Source: Candidatus Woesearchaeota archaeon
GTDB lineage: Archaea > Nanobdellota > Nanobdellia > Woesearchaeales > ARS49
NCBI GenBank assembly: GCA_019323135.1
Contig: JAHWHT010000001.1
Span: 1-44,806 of the forward strand
Direction of reading: 5' to 3'
DNA length: 44,806 nucleotides
Position numbers and translations under genes: made by a program. Positions 10,248 to 19,285 of the stretch are shown piece after piece; position 1 is the stretch's first letter; each line of letters opens with the position of its first letter. The notes under the pieces are model-generated. The model did no database searches and was not told the origin of the DNA. It worked only from the letters and a program-made list of their open reading frames with translations.

Positions 10248-10958
10248 TTATTTCTTAGCGTTCTGCCACATGAATTCAAAATAGTTTTTGTAGGCTTTTG
10301 CTGCGGCTGCGTTTTCTATGATTATTGCTTCTGGAATATCTGTCCAGATGATTAAAGCAATCTTATCTCCATAAATATTTGTTACGACCGGGCTCTCTAC
10401 TTTTGCAGGAACATAACGAGTCTGCCGAGGATTAGAAGTATTTGTTCCCCTGCCTTGTCTCACAAGCTCTCTAACAAAAATCTTTTTTTCTTTAAGCTGC
10501 CTGATAAACTGAGGCTGATAATCTGGCAAAAATTCTTCAAGCTGATCTTCTTTTCCAAAAACACAATTATTATCACCAGTCCGAATTATGTCCTGAAAAA
10601 CCGCCTTGACACCTTTTATTCCCTTGAAAAGCCTAACCTGGCCTTTTACTTTGACAGCTTTATGCCTTGCCTGCAGTTCTGGAAGTATTGATTTGATATC
10701 TTCTTCCTGTTCTCTAAGATATTCTAGTAATCTTTTAGGTCCTGTTGCCTGGAACCATTTTACTTTACCAATCATGACATAACTTAGAAGACCTTTTTCC
10801 TGAAGAGTCTTTATTGCATTATAACAGGATGAACGATCCATTCCTGTGATTTTTGCAACAGTTCCTGCCTTGCTAGAGCCATGATCATTCAGAGCCAGAT
10901 ATACTTTGATTTCATTCGGACTAAAGCCGAGTTTTTCTAGTGCTCTTTCGGGATTCAT
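10248..10958 (-). CDS. TrmB-family transcriptional regulator
   Basis: 236 aa. N-terminal wHTH (LGFSPNEIKVYLALNDHGSSKAGTVAKITGMDRSSCYNAIKTLQEKGLL) plus a C-terminal sensor-like domain. Confidence 0.8.
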   Translation of the reverse strand: MNPERALEKLGFSPNEIKVYLALNDHGSSKAGTVAKITGMDRSSCYNAIKTLQEKGLLSYVMIGKVKWFQATGPKRLLEYLREQEEDIKSILPELQARHKAVKVKGQVRLFKGIKGVKAVFQDIIRTGDNNCVFGKEDQLEEFLPDYQPQFIRQLKEKKIFVRELVRQGRGTNTSNPRQTRYVPAKVESPVVTNIYGDKIALIIWTDIPEAIIIENAAAAKAYKNYFEFMWQNAKK

Positions 10959-10994
10959 GGTTTTTAATATAAACTGATGACTTATATAAATGTA

Positions 10995-11012
10995 TTGTAG
11001 AAATTTCTACAA
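10995..11012. promoter_or_regulatory. Perfect 18-bp palindrome TTGTAGAAATTTCTACAA in the divergent promoter region; candidate TrmB operator
   Basis: Perfect dyad located between TATA-like tatataaa (10983-10990) and tttaaata (about 11018-11026). Lies 37 nt upstream of the TrmB start codon on the other strand. Confidence 0.4.
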
Positions 11013-11035
11013 CAAGGGTTTAAATACTGTTTAAA

Positions 11036-11263
11036 TTGGCAAAAAACAGAATGAAAATCGACATACTAGACAAAATGTATATTGTAGGCGAGCTAAAACA
11101 GAGAGGAATAATTGTCCAACTAGATGACCTAGACCCGTTAAAAGACGAACTTACGCCATTTGCAAAAGCAAGACTTGCAGATAAACAGCAGAATGGCGGA
11201 ATACCTGAAAAAGAACTGCCATATGCTCAAACTATGGCAAAATACTTTGGAATAGACAATTAA
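11036..11263 (+). CDS. Hypothetical small protein
   Basis: 75-aa ORF (TTG; alternative ATG at 11051). No recognised motif. Confidence 0.4.
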   Translation: MAKNRMKIDILDKMYIVGELKQRGIIVQLDDLDPLKDELTPFAKARLADKQQNGGIPEKELPYAQTMAKYFGIDN

Positions 11264-11313
11264 ACAAGATACCACAAAATTAATAAAGCCTGCTTCAACC
11301 CTTTTTATCTACA

Positions 11314-12615
11314 ATGGCAGATAAAAAAGAATATGCGGATTTAGAGGGGATGAGGTTTCACAAGAATGCTTGCGTATTAACTAATACTAAACTATATTCT
11401 CCAGATCATGCGGCAATGAGCGGATTATGCGCTAACTGTATCATGTGCGGAATGTGCGAAGTGGGTGCAAAGGCAAAGTCTGGAAGGACACTATTTCCAG
11501 CACCATTTGGGACAGCACAATTTGGAGCAGAGAAAAAACTTGCAAACATGGAAGATTTGCAAATCATGCCAGAATTATACGGCGAAGGACATTTCTTTAC
11601 AAATGTAAAATCAGAGACTACACTAGGAGGATTCAATGTAACAGTTCCTTTAGTGATTGCAGGAATGGGTTCTACTAAAGTTGCCAGCGATAAAAATGAT
11701 GAATTAACAATCGGAGCTGCAAAAGCAGGAATACCTAGAGTATTAGGAGAGAATTATTACATTACATTTGGTGAAGAGAAAGTAAGAGAGACGATTGCAT
11801 TGTATAAGAAACACCAAAAAGAAGGATATGGCGGATTTATTGTACAAATAAATGCAAATGAGCATAAATTAGGACTGCCAAAACTTGCAGCAGAATTTGG
11901 AGCAGATGCAATTGAATTTAAACTTGGCCAGGGCGCTAAACAAGGAATGGGCGGAGAAATCCAATTTGAAGGAGAAGAGATGGCTGAGAAATACAGAAAC
12001 GCAGGATACGAAGTCATCAAAAAAGAAAACGGAAAATATGAAAGACACGCATTTCCAGGAAGTTTATCAAGTGAATCATTAAGAGAGACGCTCAAAGAGT
12101 ATGCAAGTTATGGAAAACCGCTCTGGATAAAAACAGGGATGGGACTGGGCATAATAAAACTCATTGAGGAGTTGGATAAAATAAAACAAGAAGAGAACAT
12201 TCCAATAATGTGCCTGACAATAGACGGATTTGGGGGCGGAACTGGAATGAGCCCATGGCTAGTTATGAATGAAATGAACATGCCATCTGGAGCACTATTT
12301 GCAGCACTAAAGAAAAGACCATCATTTGATATATTCTTAGCAGGCGGATATGCAACAGGATTTGATGTAGCCAAAGCAATGATGCTAGGAGCAGATGGAG
12401 TTGCAATGGGAAGACCGTTCTTGATAGCATCAAGACAGCCAGACGGAATAGAAAAATTCTGCAAAGCACTAAATGAAGAATTAAGAATGGTTGCAGTCAC
12501 CCAGAAAGTTGACGATGTGACTAAAATAGTCGGCAAAAGAAAAGCGCTATTTGCTTTATCAAAAGAAGCAAAGAACATGTTTGGAATAACGACAGAGCCG
12601 AAGGATGTTTTGTAA
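11314..12615 (+). CDS. Glutamate synthase-related FMN-binding protein (GltB FMN-domain family) with N-terminal Cys cluster
   Basis: 433 aa. CANCIMCGMCEVG Cys cluster and the IDGFGGGTGMSPW motif of the GltB FMN domain. Confidence 0.78.
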   Translation: MADKKEYADLEGMRFHKNACVLTNTKLYSPDHAAMSGLCANCIMCGMCEVGAKAKSGRTLFPAPFGTAQFGAEKKLANMEDLQIMPELYGEGHFFTNVKSETTLGGFNVTVPLVIAGMGSTKVASDKNDELTIGAAKAGIPRVLGENYYITFGEEKVRETIALYKKHQKEGYGGFIVQINANEHKLGLPKLAAEFGADAIEFKLGQGAKQGMGGEIQFEGEEMAEKYRNAGYEVIKKENGKYERHAFPGSLSSESLRETLKEYASYGKPLWIKTGMGLGIIKLIEELDKIKQEENIPIMCLTIDGFGGGTGMSPWLVMNEMNMPSGALFAALKKRPSFDIFLAGGYATGFDVAKAMMLGADGVAMGRPFLIASRQPDGIEKFCKALNEELRMVAVTQKVDDVTKIVGKRKALFALSKEAKNMFGITTEPKDVL

Positions 12616-12656
12616 GCAAAAGGTTAATATAACACCTTTTCTTCTTTCTTCTTAAA

Positions 12657-13397
12657 ATGGTGGCGAGATATTTAATATTATTAGTATGCTTAATAGCAGT
12701 CATAACAGGATGCACTGCCAAAGAGCAGCAAGAGAGCAAATATACGCAGATTAAAGAAAATATTTTCGCCTGCAACTCTGCGTTTAATACTTGGGACGGC
12801 AAGACACACACAATATGCTATGATTCTGCAGGGGCAAAATTATTTGATGAGCCTTATGATGTTCTAAGCGAACTTGGTTTTTCAAAAGAAAAATCAGAAA
12901 AACTTGAAAAAGAATTTAAACAAGGATGTTTTAATGAAGCAAAGTTCAAAGACCTGCCGCCAAGCATCATAACAGAAGCAATTCTTAAGACAAAACTGTT
13001 CAAAGACAAAACAATCTGCGAAAATATAGACAAAAGCACATACTTTTGGAAACATATCAACCACACCTACACTTATTCTATAAAGCACACTGGAGCAGGA
13101 GGCAATTTCAGAGGATACACCTGGTCACTGGAAGTGAAGCCATACACAACTGAAGGAATTGATGCTGAACAGTATCCCTTCTTGACCTGCGAATCCTTCT
13201 CTGCAAATAAAATGCATGCATGGAACCTTGAAATTGAAAAAGAAGATAATATACTAAAAATAACTGCAGATAATATCCGGCCAACAGAAGCAGAAGACCT
13301 TAATGCAGAAGAAATGAACAATATTGCCAAAAACTTCACAGACTGCAGTAGTAAATATGATTATTACAGACTTTCTAAAGAAAATACATATAACTAA
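12657..13397 (+). CDS. Hypothetical lipoprotein
   Basis: 246 aa. Signal peptide with lipobox ITGC. Confidence 0.5.
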   Translation: MVARYLILLVCLIAVITGCTAKEQQESKYTQIKENIFACNSAFNTWDGKTHTICYDSAGAKLFDEPYDVLSELGFSKEKSEKLEKEFKQGCFNEAKFKDLPPSIITEAILKTKLFKDKTICENIDKSTYFWKHINHTYTYSIKHTGAGGNFRGYTWSLEVKPYTTEGIDAEQYPFLTCESFSANKMHAWNLEIEKEDNILKITADNIRPTEAEDLNAEEMNNIAKNFTDCSSKYDYYRLSKENTYN

Positions 13398-13439
13398 ATC
13401 AAAAAGTTAATATATCAAATACTACTCTTTCTTATTAAA

Positions 13440-14195
13440 ATGGGTGATAAAAAGCCAGTACTAGGAATTGTATCTTTTACATGTGATCAAGGGTGTCAGT
13501 TTACTATACTTTTTATTGAGAAGTTATTTCAGGTTCTTAGCAAGTTTGATGTTCAATACTTCCATCTTTTGAAGGAGAAGAACAGAAAAGCGAAGTTTGA
13601 TGTTTGTTTTGTTGAGGGCGCTGTTTCATCAAAGAAAGAAGTGCAGAAGCTGAAAGAGATACGGAAGAAAAGCAAGATTCTTGTTGCTTTGGGAGCATGT
13701 GCGTGTCATGGCGGAGTTCCTGCAATGCGGAACTTCATAGAGAACAAGGAATTAGAGAAGTATGTATATAATCAAGGGATGCTAAAAGGCTCTATTCCTG
13801 CAGCTGCAATCGGAGAATATGTAAAAGTTGACTATTACATGTATGGATGCCCAATAATCAAGGAAGAATTTGTTAATTTTCTAAATCAGTTTTTGAAAGG
13901 CAAAATAATGAAAGAGTTTGACGGGCCTGTCTGCGCAGAGTGCCCAAGAAGAGGTACGCCAGAATGCTTTTTAAGACAGAAAAAAGTTTGTCTAGGACCT
14001 GTGACACACGGCGGATGCTCTGCAGTGTGCACAAAATCAAATTTTGAGTGTATGGGATGCAGAGGACCAAGACCAAAAACAGATTATGAAGCAGAAATAA
14101 AACTGTTCAAGTCATTTGGAATATCTGAAAAAGAAATAATGGAAAAACTGAATATGTTTAAAAATATAGAAGATGGCAAGAAAAATAAACCTTAA
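13440..14195 (+). CDS. [NiFe]-hydrogenase small subunit (group 3-type, HydD/MvhG-like)
   Basis: 251 aa. N-terminal FTCDQGCQF, GACACHGG, and a C-terminal Cys-rich FeS region (CAECPRRGTPEC...GGCSAVC...CMGCRGP). Overlaps the large-subunit gene. Confidence 0.8.
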   Translation: MGDKKPVLGIVSFTCDQGCQFTILFIEKLFQVLSKFDVQYFHLLKEKNRKAKFDVCFVEGAVSSKKEVQKLKEIRKKSKILVALGACACHGGVPAMRNFIENKELEKYVYNQGMLKGSIPAAAIGEYVKVDYYMYGCPIIKEEFVNFLNQFLKGKIMKEFDGPVCAECPRRGTPECFLRQKKVCLGPVTHGGCSAVCTKSNFECMGCRGPRPKTDYEAEIKLFKSFGISEKEIMEKLNMFKNIEDGKKNKP

Positions 14196-15456
14196 TCACA
14201 TAACAAAAATAGAAGGACACGCCAAATTACACATAAAAATAGTAAAAGGCGAAGTCAAAAAAGTAGAACTTAAAATATTTGAGGGCTCAAGATATTTTGA
14301 AGGAATTTTGAAAAATAAAAAATACAATGATATTAACCATATTGCTTCAAGAATCTGCGGAATATGCTCTCCTGTTCACGGAATTACATCTGTACAAGCA
14401 ACTGAGAAAGCAATGGGAGTAAAAGTTTCTAAACAAACACAAATTTTGAGAGAATTATTGAATATCGGCGGAACAATACAGAGCCATGTATTACATCTTT
14501 ATTTCTTGACATTACCAGATTATACTGGATTTCCAAACGCAGTGCAGATGGCGCAAAAGCATCCTGAAAAAGTCAAGAGAGCACTTAAGATAAAACAGCT
14601 AGGAAACGAACTTGTTCGAGTAATTGGCGGAAGAGATATACATCCTTTTACTTTAACACCTGGCGGATTTGTGGCAATACCAAAAAAAGAAGAGCTTCAG
14701 AAATTATTAGCAGATGCAAAAGCATGCTTAACAGATGCAAAGAAAACAGCAGAGTTATTCTGCGGATTAAAGTATCCTGATTTCACACGAGAGACAAAAC
14801 ACTATGCTTTGAAGGCAAAGAAAGGATGCTACTGGTGTCCTGAAGACACAATAACCTGTACTGGCGGCAAAGAATGCATTGCTGTAACAGATTATGAGCA
14901 GTATTTCAAGGAATTTTTCAAGCCAGGCTCAACATCAGAGTTTGCAAAAGCAGATCACGGAAGTTACATGGTAGGGGCATGGTCAAGAATACTAAATAAT
15001 TATGATGAGTTGACAAAAGAAGGCAAAGATATGTGCAGATGTATACTTCCTCGAAAGGATAATCCGTTCATGAACAACCCTGCGCAGGCAATAGAAATAT
15101 ATGAAGGAATCAGAAGAGTGATTGATGTTCTTGAAAACACTGAATTTAAGCCGGAAAAACCTGTTGTTGTCAAAACAAAAGCAGGAACTGGAATTGGGGC
15201 AAGTGAAGCACCAAGAGGGATTGTGTTTCATAAGTATATGTATGACAAAGACGGCTTTACAACGTTTATTAACATAACCACACCAACAACACAGAATCTT
15301 CAGAATCTGGAAGATGATATCAAACACTTCTTGCCAAAAATACTAGATCAACCAAAAGCAGAGATACAATTAGAGATTGAGAAGCTCATTAGAGCATATG
15401 ATCCTTGTATTAGCTGTGCAACACATTTTCTGGAAATAATTTGGGAAAAGTCGTAG
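14173..15456 (+). CDS. [NiFe]-hydrogenase large (catalytic) subunit, group 3-like
   Basis: 427 aa. KIEGH, N-terminal ligand motif RICGICSPVH and C-terminal DPCISCATH. A 9-aa tail follows the His, consistent with endopeptidase processing. Confidence 0.9.
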   Translation: MARKINLNHITKIEGHAKLHIKIVKGEVKKVELKIFEGSRYFEGILKNKKYNDINHIASRICGICSPVHGITSVQATEKAMGVKVSKQTQILRELLNIGGTIQSHVLHLYFLTLPDYTGFPNAVQMAQKHPEKVKRALKIKQLGNELVRVIGGRDIHPFTLTPGGFVAIPKKEELQKLLADAKACLTDAKKTAELFCGLKYPDFTRETKHYALKAKKGCYWCPEDTITCTGGKECIAVTDYEQYFKEFFKPGSTSEFAKADHGSYMVGAWSRILNNYDELTKEGKDMCRCILPRKDNPFMNNPAQAIEIYEGIRRVIDVLENTEFKPEKPVVVKTKAGTGIGASEAPRGIVFHKYMYDKDGFTTFINITTPTTQNLQNLEDDIKHFLPKILDQPKAEIQLEIEKLIRAYDPCISCATHFLEIIWEKS

Positions 15457-15524
15457 ACTTTTTGCAAATTCTTCTGAATTCACAGAATTCAGAAATAATT
15501 TGGGAATAAAAAAAAGAAAAAAAA

Positions 15525-16097
15525 TTAAATTCTTTTTGCAAATCTTTCAAGCTGGAATGCGTACCAGATGCAGGTCAGGCCTCCTAATACCATTAATCCG
15601 CCTACTAAGTAGATGAATACTATGGCAGAGAAAACTGGCTGTGCAAAGTACAGTACTCCCAACAAAATCAATACAACTGCGCCGATAAACATGGACCAGT
15701 TCTTGAACTCAATTGTTGCAAGAATCTGAAGTATTCCCAGCACAATCAATGCAATACCAATCATCAACAAAATCGTTATTTCTGCAATTGCTGTGAAGAA
15801 CACTGGCTTGAACAAAGCAACCAGACCTACAAACACTCCTAAAAGGCCCTGCAGTAACAGCATGCCCCAATTCTTTAGCTTTGAATGATACTTAATCGCA
15901 AACACTGTTGAGAAAGTTCCGTCAATCAATAGATATAATCCCCATATCCAAATCAAAAGACTTGTTGTTTCCAGAGGGCGCCATAAGAACAAAAGCCCTA
16001 ATACAAGAAAAGCAACTCCTCTTAAAAGAAGCATCCACCAAGCAGTCTTGATAAGCTTGCCGAGCTTCTTAACATCACTCTTTTTCAAAATAATCAC
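15525..16097 (-). CDS. HdeD/DUF308-family membrane protein
   Basis: 190 aa, 6 TM. Repeated G-x-L-x-I/L-x-x-G pattern typical of DUF308. Confidence 0.65.
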   Translation of the reverse strand: MIILKKSDVKKLGKLIKTAWWMLLLRGVAFLVLGLLFLWRPLETTSLLIWIWGLYLLIDGTFSTVFAIKYHSKLKNWGMLLLQGLLGVFVGLVALFKPVFFTAIAEITILLMIGIALIVLGILQILATIEFKNWSMFIGAVVLILLGVLYFAQPVFSAIVFIYLVGGLMVLGGLTCIWYAFQLERFAKRI

Positions 16098-16141
16098 CTC
16101 TAGGTTTTTTAATATAAAAAAGAAAAAAGAGTATATAAAAG

Positions 16142-16663
16142 TTACTTAATTTCTTCGAACTTATCCTTTGGAGCGCTGCAAACAGGACAGATATCTGGAA
16201 TTTCATCACCAACAAAAGTGTATCCGCAGACAGGGCAGACATGATAATTAGTTGGCTCTAAATCCTTTTTCTCTTTTATTGCCTTTAATGCTTTTTCATA
16301 CTCTCTTTCATGAATCTTTTCAGCAGCAATAGCCCACTTGAAGGTTCTGATTGCCTCATTATCCTCAGTCTCTTCTGCCTCATTGATAAACCGCGGATAC
16401 ATCTTCTCTGCCTCATACTTCTCACCCTCAAAAGCGTCAACAAGATTCTCTTCTGTGGTTTTTATTCCCTTCATGACACTCAAGTGATTCCTTGCGTGCG
16501 CAGTCTCAGAAGCAGCAGCAGCCCTGAACAATCTTGCAATCTGCTTCCTGCCTTCCATCTCTGCCTTGTCAGCAAAAAACAAGTATTTCCTGTTTGCCTG
16601 GCTTTCTCCTGCAAAAGCCTCCTGAAGATTTTCTTTAGTTGTCATATTTACCTCCTGATTCAA
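16142..16663 (-). CDS. rbr: Rubrerythrin
   Basis: 173 aa. Ferritin-like ExxH pairs plus a C-terminal rubredoxin CPVCGY...CPVCSAPKDKF. Confidence 0.9.
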   Translation of the reverse strand: MNQEVNMTTKENLQEAFAGESQANRKYLFFADKAEMEGRKQIARLFRAAAASETAHARNHLSVMKGIKTTEENLVDAFEGEKYEAEKMYPRFINEAEETEDNEAIRTFKWAIAAEKIHEREYEKALKAIKEKKDLEPTNYHVCPVCGYTFVGDEIPDICPVCSAPKDKFEEIK

Positions 16664-17025
16664 TCTTTTTTAATTTCATTTATAAGTTTTATGATGCTTT
16701 GCTTTATTGACTCTATATTTCCTTTCATAGGAATTCCAATAATTGTGACATTATTTATCTCGCCGATTGTTTTTCTCAACTTAATCTCTGTTCCTAAATC
16801 AAAATCATGCATAGAGACTGGGTGAAAGTCCTTTATTTTATCTAAAGGAATCAATCTTACTTCATCAAGATTCTTTACAACATCAAGGATGATTATATCT
16901 CCCTTGATTCCTTCAAGAGAATCGCATTTGATAAATTCAACACCATCAACTGTTATTTCATCTGCAAGCTTTTTTGCAAGAGAATCCTCTTCAACAAACT
17001 CATTTCCAAAACAAAGTATTTTCAT
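16660..17025 (-). CDS. Hydrogenase maturation endopeptidase (HycI/FrhD-like)
   Basis: 121 aa. CFGNEFVEEDSLA, IIILDVV and SMHDFDL match the Asp/Glu-Asp-His metal-site layout. Sits in the hyp operon. Confidence 0.7.
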   Translation of the reverse strand: MKILCFGNEFVEEDSLAKKLADEITVDGVEFIKCDSLEGIKGDIIILDVVKNLDEVRLIPLDKIKDFHPVSMHDFDLGTEIKLRKTIGEINNVTIIGIPMKGNIESIKQSIIKLINEIKKD

Positions 17026-17486
17026 TTTAAATTTTCTTTAATTTTTTCTGACGCAAATCCTAAATGAACAGAAATTTTATCTCCTATCTTAGCATCCTTA
17101 AACCATTTGCCTGAAAACTTTCTGCAATCACCATTGCACTTAATTTCATAAACAGGACTGCCCTGCCCATCGTCACTTACGGATTCAACAACACCAACAA
17201 AAACATGACAGTCTTTTTTAGCATATGTGTTATGATGCTCAAGCCAAAATCTGCGCACAGCATCTGGAGAAGCCTCATCAAGATTTTTGGATTTGATAAA
17301 CTTCTTGTATTCAGGCATTGCATTGACAAAAGTTTTTTCAATCAAATCCCATCCTGGAACAACTCCTTCTTCTCTATATTTAACAAGTGTTTCATAAACG
17401 TTTTTTGGAACACGAGGATTATTTTTTAAAAAAGAAAGGCATTGGCGCGCATACTTAAAAAAAACTTCTTCAGGAGTCTCATTCAT
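17022..17486 (-). CDS. Hypothetical protein with C-terminal HypC/HupF-like domain
   Basis: Trimmed to MNETPEE (154 aa); the longer track ORF would overlap hypC by 80 nt. C-terminal CHVFVGVV...IGDKISVHLGFASEKI parallels HypC MCLAIPGKIV...VGDYVLVNAGFVMEKI. Confidence 0.5.
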   Translation of the reverse strand: MNETPEEVFFKYARQCLSFLKNNPRVPKNVYETLVKYREEGVVPGWDLIEKTFVNAMPEYKKFIKSKNLDEASPDAVRRFWLEHHNTYAKKDCHVFVGVVESVSDDGQGSPVYEIKCNGDCRKFSGKWFKDAKIGDKISVHLGFASEKIKENLK

Positions 17487-17700
17487 TTTTTCTTCCAACA
17501 TTTTTCCACGCTTTAATTGACTGCAGTGCCTGTTCTTCTGGAATTTTCTCCATAACAAACCCTGCGTTCACCAATACATAATCCCCCACACTTAAATCAT
17601 CTATCAAAGACACACTGGCTTTTCTAATCTCGCCAGAGTAATCAATTACTGCCGTGTCTTTATCAATTTTCACAATCTTTCCAGGAATTGCTAAACACAT
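17479..17700 (-). CDS. hypC: Hydrogenase assembly chaperone HypC
   Basis: 73 aa. N-terminal MCLAIPGKIV and VGDYVLVNAGF. Confidence 0.85.
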   Translation of the reverse strand: MCLAIPGKIVKIDKDTAVIDYSGEIRKASVSLIDDLSVGDYVLVNAGFVMEKIPEEQALQSIKAWKNVGRKNE

Positions 17701-18023
17701 TATTCCACCACAACATCTTTCAAAACAATCTCTTCCCCTGAAATAATCTTAAAAGGAATTTTTCCGCACTGCGGACACTCAAATAAAGTAAGGTCATGAG
17801 CTTTTTCTAAGATTTTAGGTTTGCCTCTGTAACCGCACTTGCACTCAACAAGCGCAGGAACTTCAATAACCTCAACTTCCCAATCAACCATCTCTTCTAA
17901 TTTAGCCTTCATTTCTTTAGCAGGCAGATGGCCAAGATCACCTACTTCAACAACAATCTTCTTAACAATACCTTGTTCTTTGGCTTTGTCAATAATCCCC
18001 TGAGCAATAAACCCTTCATGCAT
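17700..18023 (-). CDS. hypA: Hydrogenase nickel-insertion protein HypA
   Basis: 107 aa. N-terminal MHE and a Zn ribbon CKCGY...CPQCG. Confidence 0.85.
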   Translation of the reverse strand: MHEGFIAQGIIDKAKEQGIVKKIVVEVGDLGHLPAKEMKAKLEEMVDWEVEVIEVPALVECKCGYRGKPKILEKAHDLTLFECPQCGKIPFKIISGEEIVLKDVVVE

Positions 18024-18166
18024 GACACAAAAGAGTACGCGATTGTTTATAAATCTTTTCTAGAACTAATTTAAATAGAAAGGTTTTTAAATACTAAAGA
18101 GGTATTTAAATAAAAAAAGAGTTTTTGCTGAGAGTCATATTTTGGTAAAAATTTGAGGTGATGTTA

Positions 18167-18352
18167 ATGGCTAAAAAAAGAAAAAAGGCAAAGAAAAAAA
18201 CAAAGAGATCTAAACCTAAATTAAAATTCAAGCCAAGACCAATATCTTGCGATAGATCAACATGTGTTCCTGAAGTAAAGTTAGCTATTTGGGGAATAAT
18301 CGCAATTGTTTTGATAATAGTTCTTGTGATGTACTTCACTGGATTGTTATAA
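18167..18352 (+). CDS. Small Lys-rich single-TM protein
   Basis: GAGGTG lies 6 nt upstream of ATG 18167. MAKKRKKAKKKTKRSKPKLKFK... followed by a C-terminal TM helix. The antisense 103-aa ORF is judged spurious. Confidence 0.4.
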   Translation: MAKKRKKAKKKTKRSKPKLKFKPRPISCDRSTCVPEVKLAIWGIIAIVLIIVLVMYFTGLL

Positions 18353-18361
18353 ATACAGAAC

Positions 18362-18496
18362 ATGGCTAAAAAAAAAGATATTTTTCTTATTTTTATAATT
18401 TTAATTATAATAATCATTATAGCATGGATAATTGCAAACCTTGACTTTCTATTCCCAACACCTGCAGCAAAAACAATAGTTGCAGCACTAGCATGA
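18362..18496 (+). CDS. Small (44 aa) single-TM protein
   Basis: MAKKKDIFLIFIILIIIIIIAWII...; its stop overlaps the next start (ATGA). Below the ORF-track size cutoff. Confidence 0.35.
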   Translation: MAKKKDIFLIFIILIIIIIIAWIIANLDFLFPTPAAKTIVAALA

Positions 18497-19284
18497 AAGA
18501 AACAGACTGGCTAAAACAAGCGTGCAGAATAGCATACGCAAACAAAGGAATGTTTTTGCTAAGCTGTGCTCTAGATATAATATTGCTTTTAGTGTATGGT
18601 TTTGTGACAGCACCAATATATGCTAAACTACTGGCACACATAAATGTAATCGGCAGTTATGCTGGAACTGCTGTGCAAGAGGCAACCAGATACAGCAAAG
18701 GATTTGCATCAGTGCTTTTGCATGAAAGCATAAAACCATACTTATACGATATGATACTGCTTTTGCTATTATTAGCAGTAACAGTGTATCTGATATACTG
18801 TATTTTTCAGGCTCTCAACTGGAAGATTGCACTGCAGTTAACTGGCAAAAAAATAAGTTATCTGGATTATCTTAAGAAATTCCTAGTTATCAACATAATC
18901 TGGTTTATAATATTCATACTATACTACTTGCTGGTTCTGGCAGTAGATGTAAGAACAGTGCTTATAACAACAATTACGCAGGCAGAACCATCCAGTGTTC
19001 TAAACATAATACTGACATTCTACTTGATATTATTAGCGTATTTTGCAGCAATATCCTATGCAACCCTAAGTGTCAAGAAAAGCTGGCAAACAGGAACCAA
19101 AAAAATAAAACAATTGTTTCCATCAATATTAATGATTGCTGCGTATGTCTTATTACTAAACATAATAACAGGACTTCTAATAACCTATAATCCAATACTT
19201 GGACTGATTTTAGGAGCAATACTGTTAATACCTGCCTTTACGATTGGAAGAATTTATATATCATTGATAATCAACAAGATGTAA
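18493..19284 (+). CDS. Hypothetical polytopic membrane protein
   Basis: 263 aa, about 6 TM segments. Translationally coupled to its neighbours. Confidence 0.5.
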   Translation: MKETDWLKQACRIAYANKGMFLLSCALDIILLLVYGFVTAPIYAKLLAHINVIGSYAGTAVQEATRYSKGFASVLLHESIKPYLYDMILLLLLLAVTVYLIYCIFQALNWKIALQLTGKKISYLDYLKKFLVINIIWFIIFILYYLLVLAVDVRTVLITTITQAEPSSVLNIILTFYLILLAYFAAISYATLSVKKSWQTGTKKIKQLFPSILMIAAYVLLLNIITGLLITYNPILGLILGAILLIPAFTIGRIYISLIINKM

Positions 19285-19285
19285 A

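Noticed and set aside
18106-18417. 103-aa minus-strand ORF
   Set aside because: The plus strand has two RBS-preceded small TM ORFs that couple into the downstream membrane-protein/lgt operon. The minus ORF is an AT-rich, Ile/Phe-rich shadow.
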